From Promethearchaeota archaeon (GTDB lineage: Archaea; Asgardarchaeota; Lokiarchaeia; Sigyniarchaeales; SOKP01), in contig JAUVNS010000005.1 in the NCBI GenBank assembly GCA_030599585.1, positions 96,001 through 160,000 of the forward strand: a stretch of 64,000 nucleotides of DNA. The letters run 5' to 3'. This document shows positions 20,233 to 28,671 of this stretch, piece by piece. Position 1 is the first letter of the stretch; each line of letters opens with the position of its first letter. A program made the position numbers and the translations under genes. The notes below the pieces were generated by a model that did not search any database, was not told where the DNA came from, and saw only the letters and a list, made by a program, of their open reading frames with translations.

Positions 20233-21420
20233 ATGGTTACTAATTTTAGATTTGCAAGAATACCTAATATAATTTTTGGAGCTGGTAAATTTAGCGAATT
20301 ATACGATATTATCGCAAATTTCGGAAAAAATGTGTTATATGTTATCGGAGGTTCATCGCTTAATGCCTCTGGAAAATGGGATGAAATAGCAAACCAAATG
20401 CTCAGAAGGTCCATTAATTTCTATTCAATATCAATCGCTGGAGAACCTACTCCAAGCTTAATTGATGAGGCTGTTAAGAAATTTCGACAGAAAAAGTTAG
20501 CTTTAATTATTGGAATCGGGGGTGGTAGTGTTATTGATGCTGGAAAAGCTATCTCAGCAATGATTTTTAAGAGCGATTCAATAAAGGAATACCTTGAGGG
20601 CGTTGGAGATAAAATACACAATGGGGAAAAAATCCCCTATATAGCCATCCCTACTACTTCAGGGACAGGCAGCGAAGCAACAAAAAACGCTGTCATAACT
20701 GAGGTGGGTCCTGAAGGATTTAAAAAATCTTTACGGCACGATAATCTGGTCCCAAATTATGCTATAGTGGATCCCAAACTCGTTGTATCCTGCCCACCCT
20801 CAATTACTGCAGCTTGTGGGATGGATGCTTTCACACAATTACTAGAAGCGTATGTATCTCCTCTTTCAAGTCCTATTACTGATGCGTTAGCATATAATGG
20901 AATCAAACAAATGAAAGAAAATATTATATCCGTTTATGGCCGTAAATCTTCAGACATCAATGCAAGATCCACCATGGCCTATGGTTCTTTAATCTCTGGT
21001 ATCGTTCTTGCAAACGCAGGATTGGGAATTGTCCACGGTTTAGCATCTTCAATAGGTGGATTGTTTAACATTCCTCACGGGACTGTATGCGGAACGCTGC
21101 TTGCTGAAAGTACAAAAATGAATGTAAAGCGATTAGAGCAAGCTGGTCGCGGTGGTGAGCATGGGTTAATGAAATACGCAATAGTAGGGGCATTAATCGC
21201 TGGTAAGAGTTATGAGCTAAATCTAGATGTGCCCTATTATTGTTCCGAGTTAGTAGAAACACTTGAAATGTGGACAAAACAATTGAATCTTGATACGTTA
21301 GGCAAATATGGAATAAGACCTAAAGATATTGAAAAAATCGTTAAAAAAACACAATTAAAAAATAATCCAGTTAACCTTAATCCTGAAGATATTAAAGAGA
21401 TAGTAGTAAATCGAATATGA
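20233..21420 (+). CDS. Iron-containing alcohol dehydrogenase
   Basis: GIGGGSVIDAGKA, IPTTSGTGSEAT, DAFTQLLEAY, GLGIVHG, IPHG. Confidence 0.92.
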   Translation: MVTNFRFARIPNIIFGAGKFSELYDIIANFGKNVLYVIGGSSLNASGKWDEIANQMLRRSINFYSISIAGEPTPSLIDEAVKKFRQKKLALIIGIGGGSVIDAGKAISAMIFKSDSIKEYLEGVGDKIHNGEKIPYIAIPTTSGTGSEATKNAVITEVGPEGFKKSLRHDNLVPNYAIVDPKLVVSCPPSITAACGMDAFTQLLEAYVSPLSSPITDALAYNGIKQMKENIISVYGRKSSDINARSTMAYGSLISGIVLANAGLGIVHGLASSIGGLFNIPHGTVCGTLLAESTKMNVKRLEQAGRGGEHGLMKYAIVGALIAGKSYELNLDVPYYCSELVETLEMWTKQLNLDTLGKYGIRPKDIEKIVKKTQLKNNPVNLNPEDIKEIVVNRI

Positions 21421-21852
21421 TTAATCAAAAGAAAGAAACTTTTTCTGTCGAAGAAATATAGTACTGACGCCAATTTTTCTCACTTTTCTGCGTAAATCAG
21501 CATCATTAGACGCTAAATAGACCCTCTTCTCGTTTTCTTTTAGTTCTTTACAATTTCTCACCAAAAAATCATCAGTAGTTTCCTCATTTGATTTTGTTTG
21601 ATGGTTGTAAATAAAATTATATTTTTCATTATTATTCTCTAAATATGAAAGGCCAGACTTTAGATTCATAGTAAACTTTGTAGCGTTTGGTTCTCGAATC
21701 CTTTTCGCTTCTAATTCATCTAAAATTTGCTTAAATAGAATAAAAACAGTGCGCCCCTCTAAACTACTATCTATATCATATAGATAATCAATTTTAAACT
21801 GAAATGGAAGTAATATGAAGTTCGCATCAATTACGATAAGATTTTCTAACAT
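21421..21852 (-). CDS. PIN-domain nuclease (Fcf1/Utp24-like)
   Basis: IDANFILLPFQFKID, ILDELE, TDD, LASNDADLRRK. Confidence 0.8.
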   Translation of the reverse strand: MLENLIVIDANFILLPFQFKIDYLYDIDSSLEGRTVFILFKQILDELEAKRIREPNATKFTMNLKSGLSYLENNNEKYNFIYNHQTKSNEETTDDFLVRNCKELKENEKRVYLASNDADLRRKVRKIGVSTIFLRQKKFLSFD

Positions 21853-21875
21853 TATTTCATTAATATGTTAAAAAA

Positions 21876-22394
21876 TTAATAACTTTGACGGTCTAATATT
21901 TTTGTTGTTAATAATTCAAAAGCCTTCTGGACATTTTCTCCAGATTTACTTGAAATTTTAAGATAATCAAATAATTTGAAAGCATCTTGAAAATCTGAAG
22001 CGTAATCATCGGTTACCATGATATCTTCAGTTAGATCGTTTTTTGTTCCTAAAAAAAGAATAGGCAAATCAGGATCACCTCTACGGCAAAGAGTTACCCA
22101 CTCTTCTAGTTTTTCTAAAGTCATTGGACGAGTTAAATCAAAAAGTAGTAAAGCTCCTTTCGCACCTAACACATAACTCTCTAACAGAAATCTAAACCTT
22201 TGTTGTCCTCCAAAATCCCATAATTGAAGTGTACAATGTTTGCTATCGATATTTACCTCTTTAAGAAAGAATTCCACCCCAATTGTCATCCTCGTTTCAG
22301 CACTAAACTTACCTTCTACGTAACGATGAAGAAGTGTGGTTTTTCCTACTCCTCCTTCTCCTGCAGTAAGTATTTTTAAGATAAACTTCTTCAT
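21876..22394 (-). CDS. Rab-like small GTPase
   Basis: GEGGVGKT, TIGVEF, WDFGGQQRF, GTKND, SSK. Confidence 0.92.
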   Translation of the reverse strand: MKKFILKILTAGEGGVGKTTLLHRYVEGKFSAETRMTIGVEFFLKEVNIDSKHCTLQLWDFGGQQRFRFLLESYVLGAKGALLLFDLTRPMTLEKLEEWVTLCRRGDPDLPILFLGTKNDLTEDIMVTDDYASDFQDAFKLFDYLKISSKSGENVQKAFELLTTKILDRQSY

Positions 22395-22755
22395 ATTTTC
22401 TTGTTTCTCGTTTTCTTAATTGTAGTTGTTATATTGTTGGTATTTATAGAGGTTATGAATATAAAATTTGCTAATTTTTCTTATTAAATGTTTAAAAATG
22501 TGTTTTAATATGTAATAAAAATTTTCATTTTTTACCTTTTTGATTTAGATAATTTAAATTCTATTTTTATTTTAAGGTTTTATTATCTTCTTAACTAATT
22601 TTAGTATCTTACACATATTTTATATTAATAATAAAATTTCTTCCATTAAATAAAGTCCGAAAGGCAATTATACAATTAGTATTTAATTTATTATTGCTTA
22701 TTGTTGATTAAGAAAATCATTGAAATTAGTTTTATCTCATATAAATGTGGTAGAA

Positions 22756-23034
22756 ATGAAAAAGAAAATACCTACTGAGGAAGAGTTAAATGAACTAGGA
22801 GTTAAATCCTGGGGCACATGGGAAAAAGAAAAAAGCGTTTTTGATTGGTCTTACAGCGATACTGAAACCTGTTATATTCTAGAAGGAGAGGTAGAAGTTA
22901 CTGATAATTCTACTGGCGAAAAACTCGAATTTAAAAAGGGAGATTTAGTTCAGTTTCCTAAAGGATTAGAATGCGTCTGGAATGTCAAAAAACCAGTTAG
23001 AAAATATTATAATTTCGGAGATTTGAAAATTTAA
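22756..23034 (+). CDS. Cupin (DUF861/EutQ-like) protein
   Basis: WGTWEKE..FDWSY..TETCYILEGEV..GDLVQFPKG..W; ATG start preferred over TTG at 22720. Confidence 0.85.
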   Translation: MKKKIPTEEELNELGVKSWGTWEKEKSVFDWSYSDTETCYILEGEVEVTDNSTGEKLEFKKGDLVQFPKGLECVWNVKKPVRKYYNFGDLKI

Positions 23035-23185
23035 CAAGATTTACTTTTTTTTAAAATTTTTAATTGTTTCTGGTCAGTACACAAATCATTAAATAATCAG
23101 TTGATGAAATAATATTGAGATCCTATTATTTTTTGTTAGGTTAACAAATTACAAGTAAATAATAGAATTTAACCAAGTACTTTAG

Positions 23186-25297
23186 GTGAAACATATAGCT
23201 AACCTCGGAATAAAGCATTTCCTCTTGGATGAGAACATTAATCAGTTTTTCAACAGTATACCTATTCCATCATATATTTGGCAGAAAACTGAAAACGACT
23301 TTATATTGATTGATTATAACAACGCAGCTTTAAAAGTTACCAAAGGGAAGATTAAGGATCTCCTTCACGAAAAAGCTTCTGTAGTACATAAGGATCGACC
23401 TGATATCATAGATGCAATAAATAAATGTTTTCGTGAAAATAAAAGCGTTTCAGAAAAACTAGAATATCTTATGAAAACGACTGGAGAAAAGGTATTTATT
23501 TCTCTAAAAATTTACCACTTTCCTCCTGATCTGATAGTTGTTCATATAAAAGATATAACCCAATGGAAATTGGCAGAGAAAAAACTTAAAAACTCTGAGG
23601 AGAAGTATAAATTGTTATTCGAAAAGTCTCCAATTCCTATTGTGATTACTGATTTTAAGGGTATCATAATTGATTGTAATAAAGCTACTGAGCAACAGTT
23701 TGGTTACTTTAAAAAATATCTCTGCGGAAAAAACTACTTAAATTTAGGGATATATTCTCCGGATTTAATTCCATTACTTAAAGAAAGAATATCTCAACTA
23801 GAACGGGGCGAATCAACTAAACCCTTCGAACTTGAAATAACTAAAAAGGACGGAAGTATATCGTGGATATATAATCAAATGTCTTTAGTTAATGCGGGGG
23901 GGGGAAAATTGATTCAATCTTTTATAATGGATATCACGGAGCGAAAAAATTTCGAAAAAAAAATTCAGCGCAAACTTGAGAACGAAAAATTCATTTCCAC
24001 GATTTCTTCGAGTCTAATTCGTACTGTAGACATTGATAGAGCAGTAAGCAAGGCAGTCCTAGAAATGGGGGTTTTTATTGGAGCTGTACGCGCTTATATA
24101 TTACTATTCAACGAAGAAGAATCGCTTGAGTTTTACATTCAAGAATGGTGCCTTGAAGAAGTAGAACCTCAATTGATTAACTTAACGACTATAAGTAAAA
24201 ATAGATTTCCTTGGATATTTGATGTAGGGAGCAAAAATGAAATGATACTGATTAAGAACTTATCAGAAATTCCAAAGGAAGCAATCAAAACTAAGGAAGA
24301 ATTGGAAAAATTGAATATAAAATCTTTACTTGGTTTTCCAATTACTATAAACAAGGAATCCTATGGATATATAGGATTCGACAATATTCAAAATATAAGT
24401 GAATGGGAAAAAAAGGATTTCGAGATTTTTAAAACGACTTCTGAGATTATTGGTAATGCGTTAGAACGCAAATGGGCTGAAGAAACTTTAAAAGGAAGTC
24501 ATCAATTGCTTGCTGGTGTTATTTCTTCTTTAACTGAAGTAATTTATCTTGTGGATAACCATTTTAATGTTGTTTGGGCTAACAATGTAGCAAAACAAAT
24601 GTTTGGTTCACGATTAACAGGAAAAAAATGTTATGGAGTATTTTCACATAGGGGTAAACCATGTAAAGAATGTCTAGCTGTTGAAACATTTGAAGATGGA
24701 AAAATACATGAAAAAGAGAAAATCCTGACAAATATAGATGGGAAAAAGAAAATTTACTGGAGTACATCAAGCGTAGCAGGTTTTAACATAGAGGGAGAAA
24801 GGGAGTTAGCCGTTTTGATACTTCGAGACATCACAGAAAACAAAAAGATGGAAAAATCATTGATTGAATCTGAAAATAACTTAAGGTTGCTGAATAAAAG
24901 CCTTCTTGAAAAAATAGAAGAAAGAACCAAAGAATTAAAGATGTCTGAAGAGACATATAAGAAAATATTAAATGATTTAGACGTTGGATTTTACAAAGGT
25001 GAGTTCAAGGGTAAATTATTAATGCATAATTCTGCTCTCAACACTATCTTAGGATTAGATACATCGATATCTCTAATTGGTTCTACATCAACTCGGTTTT
25101 TTAATGATTTAAACGTACAAAAGCGTTATGATGATGAATTATTGGAGAAAGGTTATGTTACTAATTTTAAAGCCCAACTCAAGAATTCCAAAGGGGAGAG
25201 TATAACAGTTCATTTAAATTCTCACTTGATAAGGGATCATGAAGGTAATCCCAAAGAGGTCGAAGGAATTATTGTTAAATTTATAGAAGAAACCTAA
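23186..25297 (+). CDS. Multi-sensor protein PAS-PAS-GAF-PAS-coil-PAS with no output domain
   Basis: DITQWK, DITERK and DITENK PAS ends; YGYIGFD GAF; C-x9-C-x2-C in the third PAS; no His-kinase H/N/G boxes. Confidence 0.8.
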   Translation: MKHIANLGIKHFLLDENINQFFNSIPIPSYIWQKTENDFILIDYNNAALKVTKGKIKDLLHEKASVVHKDRPDIIDAINKCFRENKSVSEKLEYLMKTTGEKVFISLKIYHFPPDLIVVHIKDITQWKLAEKKLKNSEEKYKLLFEKSPIPIVITDFKGIIIDCNKATEQQFGYFKKYLCGKNYLNLGIYSPDLIPLLKERISQLERGESTKPFELEITKKDGSISWIYNQMSLVNAGGGKLIQSFIMDITERKNFEKKIQRKLENEKFISTISSSLIRTVDIDRAVSKAVLEMGVFIGAVRAYILLFNEEESLEFYIQEWCLEEVEPQLINLTTISKNRFPWIFDVGSKNEMILIKNLSEIPKEAIKTKEELEKLNIKSLLGFPITINKESYGYIGFDNIQNISEWEKKDFEIFKTTSEIIGNALERKWAEETLKGSHQLLAGVISSLTEVIYLVDNHFNVVWANNVAKQMFGSRLTGKKCYGVFSHRGKPCKECLAVETFEDGKIHEKEKILTNIDGKKKIYWSTSSVAGFNIEGERELAVLILRDITENKKMEKSLIESENNLRLLNKSLLEKIEERTKELKMSEETYKKILNDLDVGFYKGEFKGKLLMHNSALNTILGLDTSISLIGSTSTRFFNDLNVQKRYDDELLEKGYVTNFKAQLKNSKGESITVHLNSHLIRDHEGNPKEVEGIIVKFIEET

Positions 25298-25836
25298 GAA
25301 TACCTTTTTTTATCTCTATATTCTTTAACTGATACCTTTCTTCCTTTTAATCTATCGTTATTTATTAAGGTGTCTTCGATTGCTTTAATTTCCGCTCTTG
25401 TATTAATCTCAATGTTTTTCAGCTGCTCGAGGATTTCCTTTTCACCCAGCCCTTTATTATAAAACACCTTGAATCTCTTAATCACTTTCTCACTATAAAA
25501 AGAATAGTGCCCGTTATAAAAAATAATCAGCCAATCCTTCTTATTTTGATTTTTTGATAATTTGTACATTTTTTCTTGTACTTGAGCTAAGGGGCGTTTT
25601 AATCTTCGCGCCACTAGTTTATCTTCAATTACATTGATATTGCCTAAAAATTTATTCAATTTCTTAGAAAACATTAAAGTGGGAACATAGGAAATACCAA
25701 ATAAGACTATAGTAATAATTGTAATAATTATAGCAGCGATTTGATTGAAGAAAAATACGATGAGAATAATAACTATAAGAATTATGAACCACTTTCTTCC
25801 AATTGTCTTTAATGCTTTTGCAAATTTTCCGGGCAT
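25294..25836 (-). CDS. Hypothetical membrane protein (N-terminal TM hairpin)
   Basis: Hydrophobic N-terminus and basic C-terminal domain; ATG start preferred over track start 25848. Confidence 0.65.
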   Translation of the reverse strand: MPGKFAKALKTIGRKWFIILIVIILIVFFFNQIAAIIITIITIVLFGISYVPTLMFSKKLNKFLGNINVIEDKLVARRLKRPLAQVQEKMYKLSKNQNKKDWLIIFYNGHYSFYSEKVIKRFKVFYNKGLGEKEILEQLKNIEINTRAEIKAIEDTLINNDRLKGRKVSVKEYRDKKRYS

Positions 25837-25924
25837 ATAAATCTTCAACTTAGAGTTAATCTACTCTTAATATATCTTATAATGTATACTTTAAAAACAT
25901 TATTTATAAGAAAATAACAAAATC

Positions 25925-26123
25925 AGTGATAATCATTAACCACATTTACGATTCCGGGTTCGGATGGTACCGGGTACTATCCTGAATTACCATGACCGTA
26001 GCCGAAGCTACAGTTTGCAAGTTCCCATAGATTTTCAACTACAGTACTATCTGCAACGCAAAACAGTTTAACTTCCGGCGTTGTAGCTAATTGCTACGAG
26101 ATTATGTGGTTAAAACTATCACT
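25925..26123 (-). repeat. Inverted repeat flanking the 5S gene (candidate processing stem)
   Basis: Arms 26104-26123 and 25925-25945 pair over about 20 bp; the mismatches are G-U pairs only on the minus strand. Confidence 0.75.
25952..26078 (-). rRNA. rrf: 5S rRNA gene, circularly permuted (canonical nt 46-117, UUCG linker, canonical nt 1-51)
   Basis: The re-ordered 117-nt sequence folds into 5S helices I-V, with loop C CCAUCCGAAC, the helix III AA bulge, loop E AGUA/GAA and a GAAA-capped helix IV. Confidence 0.9.
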
Positions 26124-26363
26124 AACAACCATTTTATAACTTTGGCTATATTATCGTAAAATGCTTCATTTATATGGTTGTAAGTAATAGGAATAGTACA
26201 AGCTAGTAATTAAACTTTTTCATAATAAATCGTTAAACTTAAAAGACTATATATTGAATTGTTAGTTTTCTACATATCCCTTAAGATTTTTTTTATATGT
26301 ACTCATCTTATAAATAATTAAAAATAAGCATATGATTAAAAAGCTAAAACTCAAATATTTATT

Positions 26364-26591
26364 ATGCCACTTAGATTTAACACCTGTCCTTATTGTAATC
26401 AGAGGATAGTGTTTAGGATAGATGAAAAAGATGTAAATACCTCTCATTATCCCGCTCCGATTTATATTCATCATGTAAGCGAATCTTGTGGAAAAACATC
26501 AACTTTTTATGTCGATAGTCTTTTACGGGTGTCTTATAAAGAGCTAGAGAAGAAATCTGGGGCAATAAAAACATTAAAAACAATAGATTAA
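26364..26591 (+). CDS. Small zinc-ribbon-like protein
   Basis: CPYC..IHH..SC..FYVD. Confidence 0.6.
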   Translation: MPLRFNTCPYCNQRIVFRIDEKDVNTSHYPAPIYIHHVSESCGKTSTFYVDSLLRVSYKELEKKSGAIKTLKTID

Positions 26592-26727
26592 CATTTCTCC
26601 CTAAGTCTTTATGAAAATCTTATTATTTGACGATTAATTAATTTACAATACTGCTTACAATTTTTGTAGCGAGTTAAGAACATTTTTTAAAATTATTATT
26701 AACTAAAGTAGAATATTTTAGGCTGAT

Positions 26728-28314
26728 ATGACTAACGATTTAGAAAAAGTTTCCGGAATAGGTAAAGCAACAGCAGACAGATTGAGAACGGCTGGCATTG
26801 ATACAGTTGAAAAATTAGCTTCAACGACAACAGAAGAATTAACTGAATTAAAAATTAAGGGAGTAGGCGAATCTACAGCTTCAAAGTATATTAAAAACGC
26901 TCAAAAATTAATTAAAGAAAAATCACCTGATCTTGAACCTCAAATAAAGAAAGAAGATCCTCCATCCAAGCCGGAAAAACATCAAAAACTTGAACCATCT
27001 AAAAAACAAAAGTCTGAACCAACTAAAAAACAAAAGCCAGCAAAAAGTGGAACTCTTAAAGAATTAATAAAAAAACAAGCAGAATGTAATATTGGACTAG
27101 TCGGCCATGTCGATCACGGTAAAACTACCCTAGTTAAAGCCCTTACGGGTGATTGGACTGATAGACACTCTGAAGAACAAGAACGGGGTATTTCTATTAA
27201 ATTAGGATATTCTAACGCAACAATTCTATATTGTCCTGAGTGCGACGAATATTTAACATACTATATGGCGGAGGTTGCTAGAAAAAAAGGACAACCTAGA
27301 TATAATTGTCCAAACTGTTCAAAAACCTTAGAATTTAAAAGAAATATCTCCTTTGTTGATGCTCCAGGTCACGAAATTTTAATGGCTACTATGTTGAGCG
27401 GGGCTTCTTTAATGAACGGTGCTTGTTTGTTAATTTCAGCTGATGAGAAATGTCCTCAACCACAAACTAGAGAACATTTAGAAGCGTTAAATATTGCTAG
27501 TATAAAAAACATCATAATTATCCAAAATAAAATTGATGCTGTTTCAAAAGAACAAGCTTTAGAAAATTATAAACAGATTAAAGAATTTGTGAAGGGTACT
27601 ATCGCTCAAAATGCACCTATTATTCCAGTTTCTGCCGTGTTTGGAGCAAATCTTAATTTAATCGTTCGAGCGTTTGAAGAAATAATTAAATCACCTGTAA
27701 TTCATGAGGACGAGGAGTTCCAATTTCTAGTTGCTCGTTCATTCGATATAAATCGCCCCGGCACACAAATTAACGATTTAAATGGTGGTGTTATTGGTGG
27801 ATCGGTTTTAAAAGGAACGGTTAAAGTTGGAGAAGAAATTGAGATCAGACCGGGATTACGAGTTAAAAATAAATATAAACCCATCAGAACCAAAATAGTT
27901 AGCATAAGTCAAGGATCTAATTTTTTAGAAGAAGCCAAGCCAGGAGGATTAATTGGATTAGGAACTATGTTAGATCCTGCTATGACGCGGGGAGATTCTC
28001 TTATAGGACACTTAGTTGGTAGACCGGGCACACTGCCTGAAATACTCTCTGAAGTCGAAGTTCAAGTAAATCTTATGGAAAGAGTGCTAGGTACCGAGGT
28101 TCAGATGAAAGTTCAACAGTTGAAACACAACGAGAAGTTATTACTCGTCGTTGGAACGGAAAAAACAGCTGGAACTGTAATAAAAATCTTAAAAGATTCA
28201 TATATTCTTAGTTTGAACCCTCCAATTTGTGCTCCAGTGAATTCAATTTTTGCGATTTCAAGAATTATAAATCGCCGTTATCGTTTAATAGGTTATGGTA
28301 AGGAGATAATCTAA
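26728..28314 (+). CDS. eif2g: Translation initiation factor aIF-2 gamma subunit with N-terminal HhH domain
   Basis: NIGLVGHVDHGKTT, EEQERGISIKLGY, CPEC/CPNC, DAPGHEILMATMLSGA, QNKID, RSFDINRPG, YRLIGYG. Confidence 0.95.
   Translation: MTNDLEKVSGIGKATADRLRTAGIDTVEKLASTTTEELTELKIKGVGESTASKYIKNAQKLIKEKSPDLEPQIKKEDPPSKPEKHQKLEPSKKQKSEPTKKQKPAKSGTLKELIKKQAECNIGLVGHVDHGKTTLVKALTGDWTDRHSEEQERGISIKLGYSNATILYCPECDEYLTYYMAEVARKKGQPRYNCPNCSKTLEFKRNISFVDAPGHEILMATMLSGASLMNGACLLISADEKCPQPQTREHLEALNIASIKNIIIIQNKIDAVSKEQALENYKQIKEFVKGTIAQNAPIIPVSAVFGANLNLIVRAFEEIIKSPVIHEDEEFQFLVARSFDINRPGTQINDLNGGVIGGSVLKGTVKVGEEIEIRPGLRVKNKYKPIRTKIVSISQGSNFLEEAKPGGLIGLGTMLDPAMTRGDSLIGHLVGRPGTLPEILSEVEVQVNLMERVLGTEVQMKVQQLKHNEKLLLVVGTEKTAGTVIKILKDSYILSLNPPICAPVNSIFAISRIINRRYRLIGYGKEII
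26977..27048 (+). repeat. Three degenerate 24-bp tandem repeats in the aIF-2gamma linker
   Basis: KHQKLEPS/KKQKSEPT/KKQKPAKS. Confidence 0.6.
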
Positions 28315-28341
28315 AGAAACATTGACAAATTCTGATAACTT

Positions 28342-28671
28342 TTATTGAGAGTAAGAAAGAAAAATTTCTCTGATTTTACCTTTCACTAATTTTAATGAAG
28401 TATCTGCTTTATCAAAAATGTTTTGCAGAGTATTAATTACATCGACATCACTATTAGAATCAATTACTTTTGAAATTTTTTGACTTGTTTCGTATAGGAT
28501 TAAAGTATCTCCGATTTTTGCTAAATAGTGAAGAACAATCTTAATTTTTATTTCTTTAGATAAATCAGTCTCGTCTTTTATCTCTTTAAATTCATAAAAC
28601 ACTTGATCCATTATTCTCTTGTCGAGAAAACTTAAGAAATTTTCAATGTCATCGATGAAAATTACTATCAA
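28342..28671 (-). CDS. Hypothetical protein
   Basis: 109-aa ORF; start overlaps the upstream stop by 4 nt. Confidence 0.65.
   Translation of the reverse strand: MIVIFIDDIENFLSFLDKRIMDQVFYEFKEIKDETDLSKEIKIKIVLHYLAKIGDTLILYETSQKISKVIDSNSDVDVINTLQNIFDKADTSLKLVKGKIREIFLSYSQ

Noticed and set aside
25952-26078. 5S locus as a mobile-element insertion with a CCGGAA target-site duplication, or as a collapsed repeat
   Set aside because: No transposase is nearby, the inverted repeats lie outside the duplication, a 6-nt overlap is too short to drive misassembly, and the UUCG cap and BHB geometry fit RNA processing. Read-level confirmation is still needed.
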